Shown one piece after another: positions 28,014-38,218 of a DNA stretch of 64,000 nt. The position numbers and the translations under genes were made by a program. The notes beneath the pieces were generated by a model. That model was not told the origin of the DNA. It did no database searches and worked only from the letters and a program-made list of their open reading frames with translations. This DNA is from Ignavibacteriales bacterium (lineage in GTDB: Bacteria; Bacteroidota; Ignavibacteria; Ignavibacteriales; Ignavibacteriaceae), in contig PLLW01000046.1 in the NCBI GenBank assembly GCA_003141435.1, forward strand, positions 3,577 to 67,576, written 5' to 3'. Numbering within the stretch: position 1 is the stretch's first letter; the number at the start of each line of letters is the position of its first letter.

Positions 28014-28183
28014 TATGGGCGAGAAAATGAAATGGGGGAAATATAGTACCAGTTGGTTCGTTATATGTACTGTATATATAAATTGAACTATGTGCAAGCA
28101 AGGAATTGCGCTGCAAATGCGCTCGAGACGCGCTCGATTCAGTAGGGGAACAATAATTTTTCTGTAAGAAAAACGGAGTAATT

Positions 28184-28882
28184 ATGGGCAAGTTAGAAAA
28201 GAAAAGAGGTAAGACTAATATAAGTGGGCTTGCAGGGGATATTGAATTTTATACAATCAAGGGGGAAACATTTTTCAAGACTCACGCCAAAAAGCATAAA
28301 AAGAGCAGGTCAAAAAAGGCTGTAAGCGGGAGAAGTAACTTTGCATCAGTGGTAAAATTAGCAAAGGAAACAATTAAAATTCCGGAGCTTAAAGAAATCT
28401 GGAGCCACTCTAAATTAAAGGGAATGAATGAATTTCAAAAACTAATTAAATATAATATGCCTTTAGCATATGAGGGAGATTTAACTATTAAAAATTTCAT
28501 CACACATAAGGGGCTAAACTTATATATCCCTGATATATCGCTTGAGGACTTTACTTTGAGTTTTACATTCGATGTATATGGATTAATAAAACCTCCTCTT
28601 AAACTTCATATGTTTATTTATATGTATAATCGTAAAATGAAAGACAGTAGTGCATTTTCAAGTACCTCCAGATCTATTTCAATAAATCAGGATGATATCA
28701 GTATGCTAAGGGAGAAGGGTGAATCAAAGTACAATATGAAGGTTAAACTGGTTGGAGATGAAAAGAAATTTCTGTCGGATTATAAGGATGTACTTGTGCT
28801 TTTTGCGGTGACAGGTACTCCTACAATCCCAAACAGGAAAAGCTGGACAAATACGGTAGGATTTGATATTCCGCTGATATAA
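28184..28882 (+). CDS. Hypothetical protein with a very basic N-terminus
   Basis: ATG preceded by GGAG. 232 aa with a Lys/Arg-rich first 60 residues (KKRGKT...KKHKKSRSKK). I could not assign a family. Confidence 0.5.
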   Translation: MGKLEKKRGKTNISGLAGDIEFYTIKGETFFKTHAKKHKKSRSKKAVSGRSNFASVVKLAKETIKIPELKEIWSHSKLKGMNEFQKLIKYNMPLAYEGDLTIKNFITHKGLNLYIPDISLEDFTLSFTFDVYGLIKPPLKLHMFIYMYNRKMKDSSAFSSTSRSISINQDDISMLREKGESKYNMKVKLVGDEKKFLSDYKDVLVLFAVTGTPTIPNRKSWTNTVGFDIPLI

Positions 28883-28974
28883 TAAACTCTTTTTAGTTAT
28901 TAGTATGAGTATATTTTATTTAAAACTTATCGGAGATGATAGTAATAAGAATAAATAGGGGAGATAGAAACTAA

Positions 28975-29015
28975 AAAACCTCAAATCTTCGCTTTTCGCT
29001 TAAATTTGAGGTTTT
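28975..29015. terminator. Bidirectional rho-independent terminator
   Basis: aaaacctcaaat / atttgaggtttt form a perfect 12-bp stem flanked by A and T runs. Lies between convergent genes ending at 28882 and 29058. Confidence 0.65.
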
Positions 29016-29057
29016 ATTCTCTTTTGCTTTCCCAAAAGTTCATCTATAGTTCTCCTA

Positions 29058-31451
29058 TTAGAAATTTAACTTAAAACCTAAATTAAAAAATCTTGGCGAT
29101 AGGATGTTTGGTAAGGGAACGGGTTGTGTTGTTTCAGGAAAAACATGATACCATGAATATGAAGTAATATTGTATTTGTTGAAAACATTTAATACATCAA
29201 CAGTAAAAACAATATTTCTTCTATCAAAGATATTAAACTCAAATGTTAGTCCCATATCAACTCTGAAATAAAACGGATATTCTTCAGTAACATTATAATT
29301 TGGGACAACCTGGTATGACCCCGGAGTTGCACCAGGTACACTAATCATCGGATAAATGCGATAGCCCGTACCAAATAGAAATAATGTATGGACTTGAAAG
29401 TTCTGATGTTTCTTTGCCTTATCCTGAAGAAAAATCCTGATTGTATGTGTCTGGTCCAATGGGCTTTTTACATACGGAAAGTTGCCCGGTGTTTCTTTTT
29501 CTTCCGCATTCAAATAACTGTAGCCAATCCAGGTTTCCATTCCCTTGACTAATTCCCCTTCATATTGTAAATCCAATCCGTATGCAAACCCCTCATAATT
29601 ATTTTTATCACCGTAAGTTAAATCCATTTCATTAATATAATAAGGTATTAGCCTGCTTAAATTTTTATAAAATAATTCCGCAGTGAACATTGCATTTTCT
29701 TTAAAATTATTTTTCCAGCTTAAATTATATTGAACATCCTTTTGTGATGACAAGGATTTTGCGTCTGTTATACTTTTATCCCGGGTTTCATAAAAATAAG
29801 GGGGTTGATAATAATATCCCCAGGTCAGGTTAAATGAATTTGAAGTATCGGGCTTGTATGAAATGCTTGCACGCGGGCTAATCAAAAACTCACCATTGAA
29901 ATAATATTTCAACGCTCTTAAACCGGCATTAACGCTTAGCTTGCTGTTTAAGAAAATATTGTCTTCAATATATGCTGAAAGAGAATTAAAATCGGCATTT
30001 AATTTCTGAATTGCGGTACTGGAAAAATTTAAAACCGAGTCAGCACCTGTATAATATGTTAATTCATCAAGTGAGCTTTCCATTTTTGAATATCTAAGGG
30101 TTGCTCCCGCAGAGATAGTTTGAGTTTTATAATTTAAGTTGTAATCAGATTTTAATTCAAATCTTTCCGTGTTAAGATAATTTTGAGCAACTTCATGTCC
30201 TGTCTCAAGGTACCGCATGTTATCTTGCGGATTATAGGCATCATTGGAATAATAAACATCGTATGATAAATTTTTGTTGTTAAGTTCTTTATCAGAATAG
30301 TAAGAAATTGAAGTGGTTAAACTGGAATTATCACTTAAAGGAGCTAAGAATTTTAATCCAAGTAAGTTTGTATTGTATTTATAATTAGAACTACCATCAA
30401 AATTTAAAGTTACTTGCTTAATATCCAGGTATGAAGTTTGGAAATTACCAAACCAACTCTGCGGTATTAAATCAAAATTATTTTTGGCTGTTAAAAATAA
30501 CAATTGAACCTGGTAGTTATTAGGTAGGTCGTAAGAGCCGAGAAATTGAAAATCATCAAAACTTGGTTTATACTGACCTTTGGTTTGTAGTGTTTTGTCA
30601 AACAAAGACGGATAAGCATAGCGAAAGCCTGTCCTCCAGTTTAAGTTTCCGGTTTTATCATGCAGCGTTAACCCCATGTTGAACAAGTCAGCATTTAATT
30701 CTCCACCAAGTTCAGGGCTTTCTTCAGTGTAATAATTTACTGCAAGGGAGGAAGACATTTTATCTCCATAATGAACAGGAAATGCAGCATGATAGAATTC
30801 CAAACTGTTAACCATGTTTTCGTTAACAATAGACTGGCTTTCTTCATTGCCCTGCTGAATTAAATACGGCTGATAAATTTCATAGCCGTTCAGGTAAATT
30901 AAATTCTCATCAAAATTGCCGCCCCTTACATTATACGTGCTTGATAACTCGTTATTTGATGTAACACCGGGTAAAATTTTTATACTTCTAAGAATGTCGG
31001 AATAAAGATTGGGCATGTTTTGAATGTCTTTAGATTTCAATGTGTCAGGACTTTGAGTGCCAAAGTATCGATTCGCATTGATAGTAATACCGTTCATTAC
31101 ATAAAAGCTTGATTTTAGAGAAGCGTTTAATAGAATATTTGTTTCGTTTTCGGTGATGCTTACATTCTTTAATAGGGTTTCGTAGCCGACATAGCTAAAA
31201 GTAATTTTATATTTTCCGGGCTTTATGTTTAAAATATAATTTCCAAGACTGTCGGTCGATGTACCAAACGTTGTATTTAGGACAGAAATATTTACCCCCT
31301 TAAGAGGAGTATTACCGTTTGCATCTTTTACATATCCTTTTAAATAGACTAACCTATTTTGTCCGGCTATATTTATAGCCAATACTATTATTGTCGCTAA
31401 AGTGAGTTTCAAACGATTTAAAGACAGCGAAGAGTATTTTATTAATTTCAT
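29058..31451 (-). CDS. TonB-dependent outer-membrane receptor with N-terminal carboxypeptidase-regulatory-like domain
   Basis: Signal peptide and a CarboxypepD_reg motif (GYVKDANGNTPLKGVNISV...TDSLGNYILNIKPGKYKITFSYVGYE). Long beta-barrel ending in an aromatic residue (FKLNF). Confidence 0.8.
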   Translation of the reverse strand: MKLIKYSSLSLNRLKLTLATIIVLAINIAGQNRLVYLKGYVKDANGNTPLKGVNISVLNTTFGTSTDSLGNYILNIKPGKYKITFSYVGYETLLKNVSITENETNILLNASLKSSFYVMNGITINANRYFGTQSPDTLKSKDIQNMPNLYSDILRSIKILPGVTSNNELSSTYNVRGGNFDENLIYLNGYEIYQPYLIQQGNEESQSIVNENMVNSLEFYHAAFPVHYGDKMSSSLAVNYYTEESPELGGELNADLFNMGLTLHDKTGNLNWRTGFRYAYPSLFDKTLQTKGQYKPSFDDFQFLGSYDLPNNYQVQLLFLTAKNNFDLIPQSWFGNFQTSYLDIKQVTLNFDGSSNYKYNTNLLGLKFLAPLSDNSSLTTSISYYSDKELNNKNLSYDVYYSNDAYNPQDNMRYLETGHEVAQNYLNTERFELKSDYNLNYKTQTISAGATLRYSKMESSLDELTYYTGADSVLNFSSTAIQKLNADFNSLSAYIEDNIFLNSKLSVNAGLRALKYYFNGEFLISPRASISYKPDTSNSFNLTWGYYYQPPYFYETRDKSITDAKSLSSQKDVQYNLSWKNNFKENAMFTAELFYKNLSRLIPYYINEMDLTYGDKNNYEGFAYGLDLQYEGELVKGMETWIGYSYLNAEEKETPGNFPYVKSPLDQTHTIRIFLQDKAKKHQNFQVHTLFLFGTGYRIYPMISVPGATPGSYQVVPNYNVTEEYPFYFRVDMGLTFEFNIFDRRNIVFTVDVLNVFNKYNITSYSWYHVFPETTQPVPLPNILSPRFFNLGFKLNF

Positions 31452-31658
31452 ACAAAATAATATTCTATATTTGGTTTTCTTATTTAGTTTTTATTCTCGC
31501 TATTAAAAATATTTTTAGCCGGTCTATCGAATTTAAAGATAAATCTTTATTTAAATATACTATAAACATTCGTGGCAGTATTTATTAATCCATATAGGTA
31601 TATTATTTAATGTAACCCACCTGTCCTTATCCAAAACCCCATCAATGTTAATCTAATG

Positions 31659-34600
31659 CTATTCAACCTCTGTAACTAATTCAGGTGTTTTGTGATTTCT
31701 TTTTGCGAATAATTTTGTTTTAATAGTTTCCGCTGTAAAATAAACGCATGGAACCAATACCAATGTAAGCAAAAGTGAACTTATCAATCCACCGATTATT
31801 ACCCATGCTAAACCGTTTTTACTTTCCGACGAAGCGCCGGAAGAAATTGCCAACGGCAGCATTCCAAATACCATCGCGACGGTTGTCATAAGAATCGGGC
31901 GTAATCTTTCTTTGCCTGCTTCAACAAGTGCATCCAGAATACTTGCCCCATCTTCTTTGAGCTTATTAGTGAAGTCGACAAGAAGAATTGCATTCTTGGC
32001 AACCAAACCCATAAGCATTATCATCCCGATTAAAACAAAGACGGAAATGTTTTGTCCTGTAAGCGCAAGCGCTAGCAATGCGCCTATTAGCGCAACGGGC
32101 AGCGAAAATAATACTACAAACGGATACAAATAGGAATTGTACAACGCAACCATTACAAAATATACAAGTAAAATAGCTGCTGCTAAGGCAAAGAAAAGAC
32201 TTCCAAATGCTTCGGACTGTTGCTGAAGCTGTCCGATATAATCAATTGTAACTTTATTCGAATGAATATTTTGAGCGATGAGTTTTTTAATATCATCACC
32301 AACCGTTCCAACCGGTCTTCCAAAAACCTCGGCATTAACCGTTAGCGAAGAAATTCTGTTGTAACGTTCAAGTTTATTCGGGCCAAGTGATTGGGAAATA
32401 TTAGCAAACTGGCTTAGTTCAATAATTTCACCTTTGGAATTTTTAAATGTTATTGACCCGATATCATCAATTTTTTTCCTATCGAATTGATCCAACTTAA
32501 CATCGATATCGTAATCTGTTCCAAGTTCGGAGTATTGCAGATCCGTATTACCGGCAAAGGCAAGCTGCAACGTGTTACCGACATCAGCAACAGAGAGACC
32601 GAGCATGGACATTTTATCGCGGTCTAAGGATATATGCATTTCCGGTTTGCTTTTTTCAACCGAAAGCCTGATGTCGTTAATACCCGGTACATCTTTTATC
32701 AAATACATTACCTGGTCTGCCACTTTGTAAATTTCATTCATATCGGGACCACGGAGAAGCACTTGAATCGGCGCTTGACTTGTACCCATCATACTGGCGG
32801 CTGCTACAGTTACTTTTAATCCGGGTATCGTAGCAAGTATTTCTTTTTTTATATTGGCGGCATATTGTACGACAGTTTGCTTCCTTGCTTTTTTATCAAC
32901 TATTGTAACCGTTAGTTCCGATTTGTGCTGATCACTGCTTCCTCCACTCATTATATTCGAACTTGAATAGCCGATATTCGAAGATACTTTTACTACTTCC
33001 GGTTTTGAAAAGAGTAGTTTTTCCACTTTTCCGGAAAGAAAGTTGGACTGAAATAGTGTGTTTTGAGGTTCACCCTCAAGTTGAATAGTAAACTCTCCGC
33101 GGTCGCTATTTGGCATAAACTCAGAACCGATAAAACTAAAACCAATTAATGAAAATGATGCAAAAAACAGCGCAATTGCTACAGCAAATACTATTTTTCG
33201 ATGACCTAACCCCCATCTCAAAACCTTTTCATAAAAAGTGACAAGTTTTTTATATATATCTTCGAAACCAAGTGCGATTTTTCCTATCAATGTGTTTCTG
33301 GTCAGTTTCTCTATTTTACTGAAACGTGAAGCAAGCAGCGGGGTAACGGTGAATGAGACAAAAAGACTCATCAAAGTAGAGAAGACAACAACAAGCGAAA
33401 ATTCTCTAAGGAAACTACCGATCAGTCCGGAAATAAGAGCCATAGGCAGGAAAACAGCAACATCCACCATTGTAATTGCAACGGCAGTAAATCCGATTTC
33501 ATTTCTACCATCAAGGGCTGCTTTACTTTTTTCTTTCCCCATTGATAAATGCCGGTGTATATTTTCAAGCACCACAATTGAGTCGTCAACCAAAATACCT
33601 ATAACCAATGCAAGCGCCATTAGAGTCATCATATTGAGGGAGAAATTAAAGATATACATTGTAGTAAAAACCGATAGTAAGGAAGTTGGAATTGAAATGA
33701 GAACGATAAAAGAATTTCTAAAACTGTGAAGGAATAAAAACATTACTATAGCAACAAGCACAATTGCCAATCCTAAATCTTCTATAACGGCATTTGCGGA
33801 TGCTAATGTAAATACGGAATAATCCGAAGCGATCTCGAATTTTAATCCCGATGAAGCGTATTGCGTTTCGATGCTTGCCATTTCTAACTTGGCAAGTTCG
33901 CAAACCTTAACAGAATTTGCATCGGATTGTTTTTGTATTTGTATGCCAATTGAACTTTCGCCATTTATTTTACTCAAATTTGCATGTTCGGCTATACCGT
34001 CAACAATTTCCGCGATATCCGATAGTTTTATTAAGCTGCCATTAGCATTTTTAGATATAATAATGCTTCTTAATTGATCGAGTGAAGTTATCTTTCCAGA
34101 TAATCGAATGGTATACTGACTGGTTATCCCTTCAATTTTACCCGTTGCAAATTGCAGGTTTGAATTACTAACAGCGTTATATACCTCGCTGATGGAAATA
34201 TGATAAGCAGAAAGTTTGTTCCTATCTACATTTACTTTAATTTCTCGTATGTCACCGCCAAGAAGTGTAACCTGAGCTACTCCATTTATTTTTGAAAACC
34301 GAGGTTTTATCTGGTCTTTCGTGATTTGATATAATTTTGTAGACTCCATCTTCGCATGTACACCAATCTTTAAAACCGGAATTTCATCTGTCGAAAATTT
34401 TAATAGTGATGGTGCCTTTGCACCCGTTGGTAATAAATATAATACGGCATTCACTTTTCTCTGTGCGTCTTGAAGCGCTATATCGGTGTTAGTATTTGCA
34501 ACCAGTTCCATAATAATACTGGAATATCCTTCCTGTGAAGAGGAACTCATACTCTTTACATTTTCAAGAGCTGATAGTGCGTCTTCGAGTTTTTTTGTTA

Positions 34601-34787
34601 CGGATGATTCGACTTCATCTGCCGAAGCGCCAGGGTAAGTGGTCGTAACCATTACAATAGGCACATCTATTTTGGGGATAAGTTCGTAGTTTAGCATTCT
34701 ATAACAAAAAATTCCAAGTAAAGTAAGCGCAGTAAAAACTATTACAACCAGCGTCGATCTTTTTATTGCTAATTCGGTTATTGTCAT
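31659..34787 (-). CDS. RND (AcrB/HAE1-type) efflux transporter, paralog of 2869-6024
   Basis: 1042 aa. Same motifs as the paralog (GILVDDSIVVLENI, AILLVDF). 17 of the first 30 residues are identical to the other copy by my count. Confidence 0.95.
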   Translation of the reverse strand: MTITELAIKRSTLVVIVFTALTLLGIFCYRMLNYELIPKIDVPIVMVTTTYPGASADEVESSVTKKLEDALSALENVKSMSSSSQEGYSSIIMELVANTNTDIALQDAQRKVNAVLYLLPTGAKAPSLLKFSTDEIPVLKIGVHAKMESTKLYQITKDQIKPRFSKINGVAQVTLLGGDIREIKVNVDRNKLSAYHISISEVYNAVSNSNLQFATGKIEGITSQYTIRLSGKITSLDQLRSIIISKNANGSLIKLSDIAEIVDGIAEHANLSKINGESSIGIQIQKQSDANSVKVCELAKLEMASIETQYASSGLKFEIASDYSVFTLASANAVIEDLGLAIVLVAIVMFLFLHSFRNSFIVLISIPTSLLSVFTTMYIFNFSLNMMTLMALALVIGILVDDSIVVLENIHRHLSMGKEKSKAALDGRNEIGFTAVAITMVDVAVFLPMALISGLIGSFLREFSLVVVFSTLMSLFVSFTVTPLLASRFSKIEKLTRNTLIGKIALGFEDIYKKLVTFYEKVLRWGLGHRKIVFAVAIALFFASFSLIGFSFIGSEFMPNSDRGEFTIQLEGEPQNTLFQSNFLSGKVEKLLFSKPEVVKVSSNIGYSSSNIMSGGSSDQHKSELTVTIVDKKARKQTVVQYAANIKKEILATIPGLKVTVAAASMMGTSQAPIQVLLRGPDMNEIYKVADQVMYLIKDVPGINDIRLSVEKSKPEMHISLDRDKMSMLGLSVADVGNTLQLAFAGNTDLQYSELGTDYDIDVKLDQFDRKKIDDIGSITFKNSKGEIIELSQFANISQSLGPNKLERYNRISSLTVNAEVFGRPVGTVGDDIKKLIAQNIHSNKVTIDYIGQLQQQSEAFGSLFFALAAAILLVYFVMVALYNSYLYPFVVLFSLPVALIGALLALALTGQNISVFVLIGMIMLMGLVAKNAILLVDFTNKLKEDGASILDALVEAGKERLRPILMTTVAMVFGMLPLAISSGASSESKNGLAWVIIGGLISSLLLTLVLVPCVYFTAETIKTKLFAKRNHKTPELVTEVE

Positions 34788-34796
34788 GGTAGTTTC

Positions 34797-35864
34797 TTAA
34801 TTATTTTTGATTATTTTAATTTGACTGTTGTTTGTAAGATTAACTTGTCCGCTTACAACCACTTTATCGTTTTCAGTAAGTCCGGATAATACTTCGAGAG
34901 ATTCGTTGCCTCCTCGTCCGATCACAATATCTTTTAATAGCGCTTTTCCGTTAGAGGCAACATATACTTTTGCATCTTTGATGCTTCCCTGCAAAGCTTC
35001 GCGCGGAATATACAATGCCATTCTACTTGAGCCGATTCCTACTTCAACATTTACAAATGTTCCGGCTTTCAAAGGATTTTTAGTGCTATTAATAATCTCG
35101 ATCTCTACCGGGTAATTATGAGTATCGTCACCGCGGGGACTTACAAAATTTATCTTTCCTTCGAATGTTATGCCGGGGTAAATATCGGTTGTAATCTTTG
35201 CTCTATCGCCAGTATGTAAATAATAAACGTCCGATTCGGAAACATTTACTTTTACTTTTAGCCTTGAAACATCCACAATTGATGCAACCGGGTCGCCCTC
35301 CTTAACGTATTTTCCTACTTCAACAATTTTTTTTGTGATTGTGCCGGCAATCGGGGCAGTTATTTTAGTGTACGATAATTGTTTTTCAGCTTCATCGGAT
35401 TTGTTTTTTGCAGTTTCGTATGAAGAACGGGCGAGTTCATATTCCTGTTCAGATGAAGTTTCTCCTTTATATAAATTTCCTGTGCGTTCAAAATCTTTCT
35501 TTAATCTATCTGCATCAATCTTTGCCGATTCGTAAGTAAGCTTTTTTATTTTGTCGTCGATTGTAGCTATAACCCCGCCTTTAGGGAAATACTGCCCGAG
35601 TTCATAATTTAGAGAAGTTATTTTGCCGGGGATTTCTGCCGGTATATCCAGTTCTTTATATGGGTACAACGTTCCTGTAAAATTGAGAATGAAAGAAGAA
35701 GCCTTTTTTTCCACATTAGCTATGCTTACAGTAACAAAATCAACATTAAGATTTTGATTTTGAGAAACAATGCGGTCGCGGTTTCCTTTTAATCTTATTG
35801 CCACAAACACAATTGCAATAAGAACAACTATGAGAATTATTATTTTTTTCATATTTATCATCAT
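34797..35864 (-). CDS. RND efflux periplasmic adaptor (MFP)
   Basis: TM anchor, coiled coil, and ITAPIAGTITKKIVEVGKYV lipoyl-like motif. 4-nt overlap with the upstream TolC gene. Confidence 0.85.
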   Translation of the reverse strand: MMINMKKIIILIVVLIAIVFVAIRLKGNRDRIVSQNQNLNVDFVTVSIANVEKKASSFILNFTGTLYPYKELDIPAEIPGKITSLNYELGQYFPKGGVIATIDDKIKKLTYESAKIDADRLKKDFERTGNLYKGETSSEQEYELARSSYETAKNKSDEAEKQLSYTKITAPIAGTITKKIVEVGKYVKEGDPVASIVDVSRLKVKVNVSESDVYYLHTGDRAKITTDIYPGITFEGKINFVSPRGDDTHNYPVEIEIINSTKNPLKAGTFVNVEVGIGSSRMALYIPREALQGSIKDAKVYVASNGKALLKDIVIGRGGNESLEVLSGLTENDKVVVSGQVNLTNNSQIKIIKNN

Positions 35865-37213
35865 TTTAGGTTATTAATAAAATTGGTCAGCGTTCCCTGA
35901 GATTTCTCAAGGTCCAGTTTTGCTATATACAGGGTTAACAATTTATTGTAGTAATTATTTTGTGTCTCTCTCAAAGAGCTTTCCGTTTGCACTAAATCGA
36001 GGGTAGAACCGGTTCCCTGTGAAAATTCCAATTGAGTGTTTTGATAAACGCTTTCTGCAAGCGTAAGATTTTCTTTTTCTGTTTGAATATTATCTATTGC
36101 ATTGCGGAATTGTATGTAATAATTAGATAATTCGACTTTTATCGATTGCTCAGTAAGTTTCAAATTCTCAATAGCTTTTTCGATATTCAATTGGGATTGT
36201 TCAACTTTAGAAAATCTTTTGAATCCAGAAAACACGGGTATCTTTAATTCCAAACCTATTGCAGAACTATTATACCAATCCTTGTCCGATTTGAAAAAAT
36301 CAAATTCGGAACGCATCGCTTGGAAATTGTAATTAGCATAAAAAGAAAGGGTAGGAAGGTAAGCTGAAATATTATTTTGCTTATCAGTTTCATATAACTC
36401 TACATTGGTTTTTTGCATTTGATAATCAACCCGGTTCTCAATAAAATTCCGATTGTCTCTGGATTCAACAAACGAAATTGTACTATCCGGCAAGTCTTTC
36501 TGCAAAATTATATTGCTTTCAACTTGCATACCCATATAAAACTTAAGATTGTTAAGAGCCTGTTTGTAACTCAGTTCTGTCTGCTCCAACTGGGAGTTTG
36601 TAGTATTATAACTGACTTTTATTTTGTCAACATCAATTTTTTTTACCAAACCGTTTTGATATTTCAACTCTGTGGATTTAAGAGTGCGTTCCGATGAGGA
36701 AAGAATTATTTTCAAATTCTCAAATTGTTTTTCAATTATTATTGATTTATAATATGCTGCGCTTACGTCATAAATAACCTGTTCGTCTGTTTTTTGGATA
36801 TTTTGTCCAGATATGGTTTCACTTATTTTTGCAGCCTTCAAACCGACCCAAAAGGAGGGGTCAAAAATCTTTTGAGTTAATGATATTCCAGCGCTTACAT
36901 TATATGGAGTTCCAATTGTAACAGGAATAAATGTGCCTGGTTTACCAATTAACTCACCCGGAAGAATCTGAGTAATAATTTTCAAATTGTCATCAAAAGA
37001 TCCCGTAATATCAATTTGCGGTAATCCATTACCGATTTGTTCGTTAACCATTTTTCCGCTGATATCAGAATCAAGTAATGCTGTTTTAATATTACTGTTG
37101 TTTTTCCTTGCATAATCGATACATTGCTTCAGCGAATAAGTCTGTCCGGACAATGGTAAGCATAAAGCAAGGAACAGAAATGTAATTGACTTAATGGTTT
37201 TCATATTCTTCAT
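35861..37213 (-). CDS. TolC-family outer membrane efflux protein
   Basis: Signal peptide, 450 aa, OEP repeat architecture. First structural gene after the TetR regulator. Confidence 0.85.
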   Translation of the reverse strand: MKNMKTIKSITFLFLALCLPLSGQTYSLKQCIDYARKNNSNIKTALLDSDISGKMVNEQIGNGLPQIDITGSFDDNLKIITQILPGELIGKPGTFIPVTIGTPYNVSAGISLTQKIFDPSFWVGLKAAKISETISGQNIQKTDEQVIYDVSAAYYKSIIIEKQFENLKIILSSSERTLKSTELKYQNGLVKKIDVDKIKVSYNTTNSQLEQTELSYKQALNNLKFYMGMQVESNIILQKDLPDSTISFVESRDNRNFIENRVDYQMQKTNVELYETDKQNNISAYLPTLSFYANYNFQAMRSEFDFFKSDKDWYNSSAIGLELKIPVFSGFKRFSKVEQSQLNIEKAIENLKLTEQSIKVELSNYYIQFRNAIDNIQTEKENLTLAESVYQNTQLEFSQGTGSTLDLVQTESSLRETQNNYYNKLLTLYIAKLDLEKSQGTLTNFINNLK

Positions 37214-37269
37214 ATTTATTTAATAGCGATTATTATATCTTACTAAGTTAGATTTTTTATTAAAAAATT

Positions 37270-37848
37270 TTATAAACTATTTATAAAGCGGTTTATCATG
37301 TTGATGTATATATCTCTTGGATCTTTTCCTTCTTGATGAGGCAAAGAAGGGTTCTTCATAATGATAGAAATAGCACCCTGAATTAGACACATCCAATTAA
37401 AAATAAGATCGTGTAACAATTCTTTATTATTGTTGGCAAGATCCAGGAAAATACTTTCAATAAATCTCATGTTTGATATCATTTCTTCGTTAGGTACCGG
37501 TTTTTCTAAGCTGAACATCAATTGATATAATTCAATATTACCAAATGCAAAATCCCAATGAATCAGAGACAATATTTTTAAGAGTTCTTTCGGATCGGTC
37601 TCAGATTGCCGAGCATCTGAAATTTCTTTGCTCAGCATGCTGAAACCTGCATAAATTATCTCTCGTATTAAATCTTCTTTGTTTTCAAAATACTCATAAA
37701 CAATCGGAGGGGTATATTCGATTTCATCAGCTATCTTACGAATGGTTAATGCGTGCCATCCTTCTTTGGCTGCTATTTTCCTTGCAGCGTCAAGAATTCT
37801 CTGTTTTATATCTTCCTTTTCTTTTTGTCTTCTTTCAATATGGCTCAT
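37270..37848 (-). CDS. TetR/AcrR-family transcriptional regulator
   Basis: N-terminal TetR HTH (ILDAARKIAAKEGWHALTIRKIADEIEYTPPIVYEYFENKEDL). Confidence 0.9.
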   Translation of the reverse strand: MSHIERRQKEKEDIKQRILDAARKIAAKEGWHALTIRKIADEIEYTPPIVYEYFENKEDLIREIIYAGFSMLSKEISDARQSETDPKELLKILSLIHWDFAFGNIELYQLMFSLEKPVPNEEMISNMRFIESIFLDLANNNKELLHDLIFNWMCLIQGAISIIMKNPSLPHQEGKDPRDIYINMINRFINSL

Positions 37849-38218
37849 TTTATGTTCTTGTTATATTTCCTAACTTTGTTAGATTAAACATAAATAATAT
37901 TTGTATAAAACGCAAGAATTTTATTTTAGACTTGGTTATAAAATCTAAATAAGTAATAACAGCCTGTCCATAGTCAAAACCCTATCCAGCCAAAACTATA
38001 TCCGCATTAAAAACAGCTAAATTCCTCTAAAATCAAAAGAAATCTTTCCTTATTTTTACCGAGCAACTTTCAATAATTTGACAGAATTAATGCTCAAATC
38101 ATTACTATTATTCTTCCGGAAATCATACGCCACTAACCTTCAATTAAAATTAGAAATTATATTTCTTATGACTAGGGATAGGATATAAAATTCTTATAGG
38201 ACAGTAAATGCAAAATCG

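Noticed and set aside
31912-34077. ORFs on the plus strand inside the second RND gene (31912-32133, 33238-33729, 33871-34077)
   Set aside because: Shadow ORFs opposite a conserved 1042-aa gene, with no independent evidence.
1-37848. Composite transposon or recent segmental duplication formed by the two efflux operons
   Set aside because: The copies are diverged paralogs, roughly half identical over the N-termini I compared. I found no transposase, integrase, IS ends or tRNA target in the interval. It is kept only as an architectural observation.
37870-37882. Short inverted repeat ctaacTTTgttag just upstream of the TetR gene, as a possible TetR operator
   Set aside because: The arms are only 5 bp in AT-rich DNA, and the other operon's upstream region is outside the window for comparison. 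Too weak to call.
37849-38218. 370-bp gene-free spacer between tetR and proS, as a possible ncRNA or riboswitch
   Set aside because: It is uniformly AT-rich, with no extended complementary stems, conserved riboswitch cores or tRNA-like GC-rich segments visible. It is most simply the tetR promoter plus the proS 3' region.
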